DNA of 58,981 nucleotides, taken from the NCBI GenBank assembly GCA_945965275.1, contig CAMFNB010000002.1:1-58981 (forward strand). The letters run 5' to 3'. Origin of the DNA: an uncultured Clostridia bacterium. GTDB taxonomy: Bacteria; Bacillota; Clostridia; UBA1212; SIG427. Numbering within the stretch: position 1 is the stretch's first letter; each line of letters opens with the position of its first letter. The position numbers and the translations under genes were made by a program. Below the pieces are notes generated by a model. That model saw only the letters and a list, made by a program, of their open reading frames with translations. It had not been told where the DNA came from and searched no databases. Below, piece after piece: positions 1 to 8,064 of the stretch.

Positions 1-40
1 CGCGGCAGTTTTTAAATGTCAACACCTTTTTTTCATTTTT

Positions 41-664
41 TTAAAAAAATTTTTCGGACATTTTTGAAAGCTCAAAAAGATCGTATTTATATACCTCTTC
101 CAAGCCTCTGTTATATATCAAAGATGCGGGATGATAAATCGGATACAGTATTGTGTCATCAACGCCAAAGCCTTTATTTACGGGCTTTCCGTGCATTGTG
201 CCGATTTCAGTTTCAGACAAACCGGAACATATCAGTGCTGCCTTAAGCGGTACGTTTCCCGTTGTTACCACTATGCGCGGTTTAATGATTTCGATTTCTC
301 TTTTTAAGAACCCGCATGAAAAAATTATTTCTTTTTTTGTCGCGGGTCTGTTTTTTAAAGTGCCTTCTTTTGCACCGGGTTTACTTAATCTGAATTTGAT
401 TGTATTTGTGATAAACAGTTCATCTCTCGGAATGCCTGCGTCAGTTAAAAATGCAGTAAGCATTTGTCCGGCTTTTCCCACGAAAGGTCTGCCCTGCTTT
501 ACTTCATCCCTGCCCGGTGCTTCTCCGATGAGAACCACTTTACTTGAAGCATCTCCGTATCCCCAGACAAACTCATGAGGCATTGTTTCTTTAAATGTCT
601 CATCAGATTTCTTTTCGTACTCTTTATACAGTTTTTCAAGCTCTGATTTCTTTAAGTTTGTCAT
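41..664 (-). CDS. Uracil-DNA glycosylase superfamily protein, family-4-like but lacking the Fe-S cysteines
   Basis: 207-aa ORF. Motif A is GEAPG followed by FVGKAGQ. It has FITNTIKFRL where family 4 has VKCRPP. Motif B is HPASLIY. There is no N-terminal CxxC. The start at 664 overlaps the upstream UDG stop by 29 nt; an alternative Met lies at 583. Confidence 0.7.
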   Translation of the reverse strand: MTNLKKSELEKLYKEYEKKSDETFKETMPHEFVWGYGDASSKVVLIGEAPGRDEVKQGRPFVGKAGQMLTAFLTDAGIPRDELFITNTIKFRLSKPGAKEGTLKNRPATKKEIIFSCGFLKREIEIIKPRIVVTTGNVPLKAALICSGLSETEIGTMHGKPVNKGFGVDDTILYPIYHPASLIYNRGLEEVYKYDLFELSKMSEKFF

Positions 665-1190
665 ATACTTTCTTAAGGTCTTCCCACATGTCCGCTTTCT
701 TTGAAGGATCGCGTAATAAAGCAGCAGGATGGTATGTCGGCATAAAGAGTGTTCCCTGTTTGTCTACCCAGGTGCCGCGTGCTTTTGTTATGCGAATGTC
801 TTTTGCAATCATGTTGTTTGCCGCAATACTGCCGAGGCATACGATGATTTTGGGTTTAATCAATGCGAACTGTGCACGAAGGTAAGGAAGACACGCTTCG
901 CATTCGTCCGGCTCAGGATTTCTGTTCTGCGGGGGTCTGCATTTTACAACGTTTGCAATGTAGTAGTCCCCTTCCCCATAACCTATCGACGCCAACGCAA
1001 GGTCCAGAAGTTCACCGGCCTGTCCCACAAAAGGAATACCCTGCTTATCTTCGTTTTCTCCCGGTCCCTCGCCTACGAAAAGAACGTCAGCAGTTTTGCA
1101 TCCTCTGCCGATAACGACATTTCTTCTGCCGTTTGCAAGCGCACATTTGCTGCAGTTTTTGCATGTACTTTCAAGAGTTTCCCATGTCAT
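636..1190 (-). CDS. Uracil-DNA glycosylase, family 4 (4Fe-4S type)
   Basis: 184-aa ORF. It has the N-terminal CKNCSKC, motif A GEGPG with FVGQAGELL, VKCRPP, ECEAC and motif B HPAALLR. This is the full family-4 Cys ligand pattern. Confidence 0.85.
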   Translation of the reverse strand: MTWETLESTCKNCSKCALANGRRNVVIGRGCKTADVLFVGEGPGENEDKQGIPFVGQAGELLDLALASIGYGEGDYYIANVVKCRPPQNRNPEPDECEACLPYLRAQFALIKPKIIVCLGSIAANNMIAKDIRITKARGTWVDKQGTLFMPTYHPAALLRDPSKKADMWEDLKKVYDKLKEIRA

Positions 1191-1334
1191 AAGCTTTGTT
1201 CCTTTCGCGAATTGAATGTGATTGTTATTCTATCACAGGCAGCGGTAAAATGCACCCGTTTTACAGTCAAAAGATTTTTATTGTTTTTGTATTGCATTGT
1301 TTATCGCAAAGCGGGAATAAAGCCTGTTTTCAGA

Positions 1335-1366
1335 CACATAAAATGCCCTGCCGTATCAGGCAGGGC
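1335..1366 (-). terminator. Rho-independent terminator after folA
   Basis: On the minus strand an 8-bp GC-rich stem GCCCTGCC/GGCAGGGC (1345-1352 / 1359-1366) has a 6-nt loop and is followed by ATTTTATG. It lies immediately after the folA stop. Confidence 0.55.
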
Positions 1367-1373
1367 GTGCATT

Positions 1374-1868
1374 TTATTTTTTCTCATATGTCACATACTT
1401 AATTTCGAAATCAGCATCTTCCGGTTTGAATGCTTCTCCCTCATCAGTAATTTCCCATTCGGGAAGCTCGTCCAGATTCGGTATTCTCACATCACTTTCA
1501 AATGTGTGTAAGAACTTTGTGATATATGCTTTATTGCAGTACGGAAGGAGCTGGTTGTATACGCTTGCTCCGCCGATTACCGACACAGTGTCCGTATCGT
1601 ATTTTTTAAGCTCTTCAAAAAGCTCGTCAAGTGAGTGTACAACAATTGCGCCTTCCGGTTTATACTCTGGATCCGGATGAAGAACGATGTTTGTTCTTTT
1701 TGGGAGTACCCTGCCCTTTGGGAAAGTCGCAAGTGTGTTTGATCCGTAAACCACGGTATTGCCGGCCGTGATTTCTCTGAAATGCTTAAGGTCGCAGGAC
1801 ACGCGTGCAAGAAGGTCGCCCTTGTATCCTATTCCCCAGTTATTATCTACAGCTACAACTAAATTCAT
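1374..1868 (-). CDS. folA: Dihydrofolate reductase
   Basis: 164 aa. The N-terminus VVAVDNNWGIGYKGDLL, GRVLPKRTNIVL and VIGGASVYNQ are typical DHFR motifs. It lies directly downstream of thyA. Confidence 0.9.
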   Translation of the reverse strand: MNLVVAVDNNWGIGYKGDLLARVSCDLKHFREITAGNTVVYGSNTLATFPKGRVLPKRTNIVLHPDPEYKPEGAIVVHSLDELFEELKKYDTDTVSVIGGASVYNQLLPYCNKAYITKFLHTFESDVRIPNLDELPEWEITDEGEAFKPEDADFEIKYVTYEKK

Positions 1869-1886
1869 TTTATCACCTCATGCAGA

Positions 1887-2717
1887 TTAAATTGCCACAG
1901 GGAACTTTCCTATCTTCTCACCGTGCTGATAGTTTGTAACAGTAAAGCTGTCAGGTGTGAAATCATAGAAGTTCCTGATTGAAGGATCAAGTTCAACCTT
2001 CGGAGCAGGATAAACCTCTCGCTTTATAAGCTCCTCTACAATAGGCATATGTCTGTCATAAATATGTGCGTCGGCAATTACATGAACAAATTCTCCGACC
2101 TCAAGGTTTGATACCTGCGCAAGCATCATAACAAGTGCAGCATACTGTGCCACGTTCCATGCATTTGCCGCAAGCATATCCTGTGAACGCTGATTCAAAA
2201 TCGCACAGAGTTTTCCGTCTGTTACATTGAAAGTCATTGAATAAGCACACGGATAGAGAGCCATTTCATGAAGGTCCTGGAAATTATACAGATTCGTCAT
2301 GATTCTTCTTGAGCACGGGTTCTCTTTAAGATCCTTGATGACGCGGTCAATCATGTCATACTCGCCGTCTTTGTAAATATGCTTTACTCCTGCCTGATAT
2401 CCGTAAGCCTTGCCGATTGATCCGTTTTCATCTGCCCACTGATCCCAAATATGGCTGTTTAAATCATGAATGTTGTTTGATTTCTTCTGGTATATCCAGA
2501 GTATCTCATCAACGCATGATTTAAAGCCCAGAGGTCTGATTGTCATCATCGGAAATTCTTTTGACAAATCATATCTGTTTACAACACAGAATTTCTTCTT
2601 TGTGTATGCCGGCTCACCGTCTTCCCAGTGAGGACGAACCTTTTCGTCTTTTACCCAGGAACCGTTTTCGATTATGTCTTTGCAGGTATTTATGAATGCG
2701 ATATCTGCGCTGCTCAT
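1887..2717 (-). CDS. thyA: Thymidylate synthase (ThyA type)
   Basis: 276 aa. It has the catalytic-Cys region ALYPCAYSMTF, then NQRSQDM and ADAHIY. The start overlaps the thrS stop by 4 nt (ATGA). Confidence 0.92.
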   Translation of the reverse strand: MSSADIAFINTCKDIIENGSWVKDEKVRPHWEDGEPAYTKKKFCVVNRYDLSKEFPMMTIRPLGFKSCVDEILWIYQKKSNNIHDLNSHIWDQWADENGSIGKAYGYQAGVKHIYKDGEYDMIDRVIKDLKENPCSRRIMTNLYNFQDLHEMALYPCAYSMTFNVTDGKLCAILNQRSQDMLAANAWNVAQYAALVMMLAQVSNLEVGEFVHVIADAHIYDRHMPIVEELIKREVYPAPKVELDPSIRNFYDFTPDSFTVTNYQHGEKIGKFPVAI

Positions 2718-4648
2718 CTCTTCTTTGTCTCCACTTCTTCGGTAAGCATTGCAATGAATTCTTCTGCGGACATATCCTGGCTCTCGCCCTTTCTGTTACG
2801 AACGTTTACATGTCCTGATTCCGTTTCCTTGTCTCCGATTACAACCATATACGGAATTTTTTCCATCTGTGCTTCTCTGATTCTGTAACCGATCTTTTCG
2901 TTTCTGTCGTCAAGTTCAACTCTGAAGCCTTTTGCTTTGAGCTTGTTTACGAGGTCAGCACAGTAGTCGCCCTGCTTATCAATGATAGGCATTACTCTTA
3001 CCTGTTCAGGAGCAAGCCAGAGCGGGAATGCACCTGCATATTTTTCGATGAGAAGTGCAAGTGTTCTCTCGTAACATCCGATGGAAGTTCTGTGGATGAT
3101 GTACGGATTCTTCTTTGTACCGTCTTTGTCTGTGTATACCATGCCGAACTTTTCAGCAAGCATCTGGTCAACCTGAATTGTGATAAGAGTATCTTCTTTT
3201 CCGAATACATTCTTAATCTGGATGTCAAGTTTCGGTCCGTAGAAAGCAGCCTCGCCAATACCGATTTTGTAATCAATTCCGAGGTGGTCGAGAATCTTCT
3301 GCATTGTTCCCTGAGCCTCATCCCACTGCTCTTCTGTTCCGATGTATTTCTCTCTGTCTGAAGGATCCCACTGTGAGAATCTGTATGATACGTCCTCTAA
3401 GAGACCGAGTGTCTTTAACATGTAAATTGCAAGTTCAAGACATGACTTGAATTCTTCTTCAAGCTGGTCAGGTCTGCACATTAAGTGACCCTCTGAAATT
3501 GTGAACTGACGAACCCTGATAAGTCCGTGCATCTCACCTGAAGCTTCGTTTCTGAAAAGTGTTGAAGTCTCATCATATCTGAGCGGAAGATCTCTGTATG
3601 AACGTCCTCTGTTAAGGTATGCCTGATACTGGAAAGGACATGTCATCGGACGAAGTGCAAAAACTTCTTTGTCAGTTTCTTCGTCACCCATTACGAACAT
3701 ACCGTCTTTATAATGATCCCAGTGTCCTGAAAGCTTATACAAATCGCTCTTTGCCATGTAAGGAGTCTTTGTAAGCTGCCAGCCGCGTTTTGCCTCTTCG
3801 TCTTCAACGAATCTCTGCATTAACTGAATAACCTTTGCGCCCTTCGGTAAAAGAATCGGAAGACCCTGACCGATAAGGTCTGATGTTGTGAAATATTCAA
3901 GTTCACGACCGAGCTTGTTATGGTCACGTTTCTTTGCTTCTTCCATTCTCTCAAGATATTCGGTGAGCATCTTTTTGTCAGGGAAAGATGTGCCGTAAAT
4001 TCTCTGGAGCATCTTGTTCTTTTCGTTACCCTTCCAGTATGCACCTGCAACCTGCGTGAGTTTGAATGATTTTACTTTGCCTGTTGTATCAAGGTGAAGA
4101 CCTGCACAAAGGTCCGTGAACTCACCCTGTCTGTAAAATGAAATTTCTTCTCCCTCAGGAAGTTCTTCAATAAGCTGAACCTTGTACGGCTCCTCTTTTT
4201 CCTGCATGAACTTAATGGCCTCATCTCTCGGAAGAGTAAATCTCTCAACAGGAAGTTTTTCTTTTACAATCTTTTTCATTTCTTCTTCGATTTTTTCAAG
4301 AACATCCTGTGTAAAGGAAACATCCGTGTCGAAATCGTAGTAGAAACCGTCATCTATTGCAGGTCCGATTGCAAGCTTTGTCTGTGGATATAAGCGTTTT
4401 ACGGCCTGTGCCAAAATGTGTGCTGTAGTGTGACGGAAAATTCTGGCTCCCTCCTCTGAGGTAAAGGTCAGGATGTTAAGAGTGTCACCGTCACTCAGTG
4501 TTGCGGTGAGTTCTGCGGTTTCACCGTTAACTTCTGCTGCAACTGAAGCTCTTGCAAGACCTTCGCTGATTTTTACAGCCGCATCAATAACACGGCTGCC
4601 GTCCTCCAGTTCCAATTTGGAACCGTCTTTAAGTACTACATTAATCAT
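2714..4648 (-). CDS. thrS: Threonine--tRNA ligase
   Basis: 644 aa. It has an N-terminal TGS domain, a second additional domain (HTTAHILAQAV), a class II core (FRNEASGEMHGLIRVRQFT) and a C-terminal anticodon-binding domain. Confidence 0.97.
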   Translation of the reverse strand: MINVVLKDGSKLELEDGSRVIDAAVKISEGLARASVAAEVNGETAELTATLSDGDTLNILTFTSEEGARIFRHTTAHILAQAVKRLYPQTKLAIGPAIDDGFYYDFDTDVSFTQDVLEKIEEEMKKIVKEKLPVERFTLPRDEAIKFMQEKEEPYKVQLIEELPEGEEISFYRQGEFTDLCAGLHLDTTGKVKSFKLTQVAGAYWKGNEKNKMLQRIYGTSFPDKKMLTEYLERMEEAKKRDHNKLGRELEYFTTSDLIGQGLPILLPKGAKVIQLMQRFVEDEEAKRGWQLTKTPYMAKSDLYKLSGHWDHYKDGMFVMGDEETDKEVFALRPMTCPFQYQAYLNRGRSYRDLPLRYDETSTLFRNEASGEMHGLIRVRQFTISEGHLMCRPDQLEEEFKSCLELAIYMLKTLGLLEDVSYRFSQWDPSDREKYIGTEEQWDEAQGTMQKILDHLGIDYKIGIGEAAFYGPKLDIQIKNVFGKEDTLITIQVDQMLAEKFGMVYTDKDGTKKNPYIIHRTSIGCYERTLALLIEKYAGAFPLWLAPEQVRVMPIIDKQGDYCADLVNKLKAKGFRVELDDRNEKIGYRIREAQMEKIPYMVVIGDKETESGHVNVRNRKGESQDMSAEEFIAMLTEEVETKKR

Positions 4649-4800
4649 AAATATTTCTCCTTTAACTGACGGCTACAACCCGCCCAATCTTTATTCGTAT
4701 CATTTTACAACGAATGGCCGCGGTTTTCAACAACACGGGTTGGGTTATAATTTGACAGTTTACTCTCTGTTTTTGTATTATTTTACAAGAATTTTAACGG
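4649..4800 (-). promoter_or_regulatory. Structured 5' leader and promoter region of thrS-thyA-folA (class unresolved)
   Basis: On the minus strand AACCCAACCCG can pair with UGGGCGGGUU just upstream of the SD AAAGGAG. An internal hairpin ATTCGT/ACGAAT lies at 4693-4715. The leader is too short and too divergent to call a canonical T-box. Confidence 0.3.
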
Positions 4801-4810
4801 GACGTTTTTT

Positions 4811-5503
4811 ATGTACACAAGTTTTTGCAGTATGCTTAATATGAAAAAAGTGCCCAGTGCGGGAATAGAAAAAGGCGGCACTGAGCAATTCCCTCTCGGA
4901 TTGGGAATTACGGCTACAAGATACATTGAGCCTTTTGTGGGCTGTGGTAAAGTCTTTTACTCTGTTATGTCCGGATACAGAATGGATTCTGCCGTGATAT
5001 GCGATGAGAATCCTGAGATTCTTAATTTTTACAGGCAGCTTAAATCTCACCCTGATGAATTAATCGAACTGTATTTGAAATATGAGGACGGGCTTGATGA
5101 CAGAGATTATGAGGAAAGACAGTCCTACATTCGGTCATGTCTCAGAAGATCAGACTTTTCTTACAGCAATACGGAAGAAAGCCGGCTTTTGAAAAAGGCA
5201 GCTATTTTCTGTTTCGCGAAGAATTATCACTATCTCCTTGAGAATAAGGTTGTTGCCGGTGTAATAACTCTCTCCGGCGGAACTCTGGCCCCTAAGTTTT
5301 ACGGTTCCGAGCCTATGGTTGCTCTTTCGAAAATTCTTCAGCGCACTACCATTTTGGACGGCAATTTCACCGAATGTCTTAATTATGTAAACAGCGAAGC
5401 AATCATAAGAATTGCTCCGCCGAAAAATCACGATTATCCTGAAAAAGTTAATTCATTTCTGAGTATCGCCAAGGGATTGGGCGCCCAGGTGATATATCAT
5501 TAA
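4811..5503 (+). CDS. Dam-family (N6-adenine DNA methyltransferase-like) ORF with degenerate catalytic motifs; pseudoenzyme or decaying gene
   Basis: 230 aa. It aligns by eye with E. coli Dam: YIEPFVGCGKVF vs VEPFVGAGSVF, DENPEILNFYRQLK vs DINSDLISLYNIVK, and AAIFCFAKN vs AVLFLYLNR. The DPPY motif is APPK (5414-5425). The C-terminus is truncated and no SD precedes any candidate start. Confidence 0.5.
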   Translation: MYTSFCSMLNMKKVPSAGIEKGGTEQFPLGLGITATRYIEPFVGCGKVFYSVMSGYRMDSAVICDENPEILNFYRQLKSHPDELIELYLKYEDGLDDRDYEERQSYIRSCLRRSDFSYSNTEESRLLKKAAIFCFAKNYHYLLENKVVAGVITLSGGTLAPKFYGSEPMVALSKILQRTTILDGNFTECLNYVNSEAIIRIAPPKNHDYPEKVNSFLSIAKGLGAQVIYH

Positions 5504-6999
5504 CTCTTAATGTATTTATATGTTTCTTCCTTCATCTCAGAAGGTTTGCAGACATCCTTATGAAGAATTTCACGTTTGTCCAGGCCCTTAAGCGGATTCG
5601 GTACCGGAAGAAGTGTCTTGTTTGAAAGATAATCAAGTACCTCAAATTCACTTAAATTCTGAATCTTCTCAGGCTGTGAAATTGATTCAGCAACACTCTT
5701 ATTGAACTTGAACGGACTTGCGGTTGAAACAGCAAGTGTCTTTGTCTTGTCTCCCGTTGCCTCGAAATACTTATCATAAACACAGAGACCTACTGAAGTA
5801 TGAGGATCCGCAAGATATGTGTGTTCAGAATATGTCTTGCTGATTGTTATTCTCGTCTCATCCTCAGTTGCGTTTGCAGCCCAGAAAATATTCTGAATTG
5901 ACTCGATTGTCTTTGTGTCAACGGTATAAAGTCCCGTGCTGTTTAAGCTTGTCATGTATCCGAGTACTGCCTCGGCATCCCCGCCTGTCACGTCATAGAG
6001 AAGACGCTCAAGGTTGGATGAAATAAGAATATCCATTGCAGGTGAAATCGTTGTCTTAAATTCACGATTCTTGTTGTATGTTCCGGTGTGGAAGAAATCC
6101 GTGAGAACATTGTTGTCGTTTGATGCACAGATGATTCTGTTAACCGGAAGTCCCATCTTCATTGCATAATATGAAGCAAGAATGTCACCGAAGTTACCTG
6201 TCGGAACACAAACATTAATCTTGTCTCCGATTTTAATGTCTCCCTGTCTTGCCATTGCAAGATATCCGTGGAAATAGTAAACAATCTGCGGTAAAAGTCT
6301 GCCCCAGTTGATTGAGTTTGCGGAAGAAAGTTCAAATCCTTCTTCGTTTAATTTTGCATTGAATTCATCATCACCGAAAATCTTTTTAACGCCGCTCTGA
6401 GCATCGTCAAAGTTTCCTTCAACGGCAATAACTTTAACATTCTTTCCTTCCTGTGTAATCATCTGATACTTCTGTACCTCAGATACACCGGAGACAGGAT
6501 AGAAAACAACAACCTTGATTCCGTCAACATCTTTAAAGCCTTCAAGAGCAGCCTTGCCTGTGTCTCCTGATGTTGCTGTTAATATAACTATTTCTTTTCC
6601 GTCGCCGAGTTTTTTGTTGCTCTGCTTCATGAATTCCGGAAGAATCTGAAGTGCCATATCCTTAAATGCGCATGTAGGTCCGTGGAAAAGTTCAAGTACC
6701 GATACGTTTTCTGTGAGCTTAACAGTAGGTGCGGGATCATCCATCGGGAAATTTCCGCTCAAATAAGCATTTTCAACACAGTTGTTTACTTCATCTGCGG
6801 TAAAATCATTTGCGAAGAATCCGAAGATTTCATTTGCAAGTGCCTTGTAATCATAATCAGCCATTTTACCGAGATCTTCTGCGGAATATACAGGGAACTC
6901 GCTGGGAACAAATAATCCTCCGTCTGTTGCGATTCCTTTTTTTACAGCCTCTGAGAAAGTTAAATCTGACTGTCCGCCTCTCGTACTCTTATAAAACAT
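5500..6999 (-). CDS. thrC: Threonine synthase (long form)
   Basis: 499 aa. It has the N-terminus MFYKSTRGG, the PLP-lysine motif CAFKDMALQ and TATSGDTGKAA. Confidence 0.92.
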   Translation of the reverse strand: MFYKSTRGGQSDLTFSEAVKKGIATDGGLFVPSEFPVYSAEDLGKMADYDYKALANEIFGFFANDFTADEVNNCVENAYLSGNFPMDDPAPTVKLTENVSVLELFHGPTCAFKDMALQILPEFMKQSNKKLGDGKEIVILTATSGDTGKAALEGFKDVDGIKVVVFYPVSGVSEVQKYQMITQEGKNVKVIAVEGNFDDAQSGVKKIFGDDEFNAKLNEEGFELSSANSINWGRLLPQIVYYFHGYLAMARQGDIKIGDKINVCVPTGNFGDILASYYAMKMGLPVNRIICASNDNNVLTDFFHTGTYNKNREFKTTISPAMDILISSNLERLLYDVTGGDAEAVLGYMTSLNSTGLYTVDTKTIESIQNIFWAANATEDETRITISKTYSEHTYLADPHTSVGLCVYDKYFEATGDKTKTLAVSTASPFKFNKSVAESISQPEKIQNLSEFEVLDYLSNKTLLPVPNPLKGLDKREILHKDVCKPSEMKEETYKYIKS

Positions 7000-7017
7000 A
7001 ATACTTCTCCTTTTATG

Positions 7018-8058
7018 TTATGAATTGGTTGTATCCGTATTTTCGTTGGTTTCTGTTTCTGTTTCAGCCTCGCCGGATTCAGCATCATACTCTTCAAATA
7101 CCGGCTCAGGTGAAGGTGTCGGCGGAATGTAAGGCTTTGGTGTCGGGGTTATGATTGCTTCCTCATACTGCTTTTGCAAGTCCGCGTAGTTGTTTTTAAG
7201 TCTTCTGTTCTCAGTCATGTTCTGCATGAGAAGAATACTTACAATAACCATATATACAAGGATTATGATTGAAGCTATCGAAATGACCATATTGTCTTTC
7301 GCGTTTCGCTCATGTGTTTCCTCTTTTTTGTTTGGTGTTTCTTCTTTTCTTTCTTCACCGAAAATCTTTTTGTTGTATACAGAATTGAATTTGAAAGGAG
7401 TCTGTGCCTCTCCGGTTTTTCTCGCAATATTTTGTGCTGCCTCTCTCTTCTGCTTTACGATTTCTTCGACGACGCCGTCGTTTGTATGTGAATAAACGAT
7501 TGTCTGTTTCTGTCTTTCCTTTTGTCTGTCCTGTATAAACTTCGGCACCTCAATTTTACCGTCGTCATCAATGGGAATATGGTCCTCTTCCTGTTTGATT
7601 GGAGCCGGTCCCGTCTTTCTTTCAGGTTTGGTTTCAGAATTTGCCTTAGTGGAAACAGATACTCCCGTTGCCTCTTTGTAAAGCTTTGTAAGAATCAGAA
7701 TTTTACCGGACTCCTCTGCAGGTCTGTCGGCCTCCTCGGAAAGGTAATCATAATAAGAAAGTGCAAGTCTCTTGTATTTGATGTCTCTTATGGCATTGAA
7801 GGTTCTCATGGCACCGACACGGTCACCATTCTCAAAAAGACAAACGCCGAGAAGCATGCGTGCAGGATAAAGGTCCGGGTTAAGAGCCAGGGCCTTCTTT
7901 AAATTTTGGCGTGCCATTTCAACAAATCCCTTTTTTATGTATCCCAGAGATTTGTTGTAGAGCTGGTAAGCCCAGGTGATGTCGCTCTTGTCATTCTCGG
8001 CATCAGGGCCTAAGTCCATCGGTACAAAATTTTCAGCTTCATGCTTTAAATCAATCAT
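7018..8058 (-). CDS. Hypothetical TPR-like membrane-anchored protein
   Basis: 346 aa. It has N-terminal TPR-like helices (ARQNLKKALALNPDLYPARMLLGVCLF), a charged linker, one TM helix (ISIASIIILVYMVIVSILLM) and a Pro-rich/acidic tail. Confidence 0.6.
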   Translation of the reverse strand: MIDLKHEAENFVPMDLGPDAENDKSDITWAYQLYNKSLGYIKKGFVEMARQNLKKALALNPDLYPARMLLGVCLFENGDRVGAMRTFNAIRDIKYKRLALSYYDYLSEEADRPAEESGKILILTKLYKEATGVSVSTKANSETKPERKTGPAPIKQEEDHIPIDDDGKIEVPKFIQDRQKERQKQTIVYSHTNDGVVEEIVKQKREAAQNIARKTGEAQTPFKFNSVYNKKIFGEERKEETPNKKEETHERNAKDNMVISIASIIILVYMVIVSILLMQNMTENRRLKNNYADLQKQYEEAIITPTPKPYIPPTPSPEPVFEEYDAESGEAETETETNENTDTTNS

Positions 8059-8064
8059 TTGATA

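Noticed and set aside
729-1511. Long antisense ORFs: 729-1511 (260 aa), 153-578, 16939-17640, 27590-28156, 31266-31910, 33814-34344 and others
   Set aside because: All lie opposite well-supported conserved genes (UDG, flippase, infB, ftsZ, divIB). They have low-complexity or Ser/Leu/Phe-rich composition and no SD, and are typical shadow ORFs.
4649-4800. A canonical T-box riboswitch in front of thrS
   Set aside because: Only fragments are present (ACCGCGG, and UUGGGCGG..UAGCCG with a 4-nt insertion relative to GGGUGGUACCGCG). The leader is about 110-150 nt, with no recognisable Stem I/specifier loop or terminator with a U-tract. It is kept only as an unresolved structured leader.
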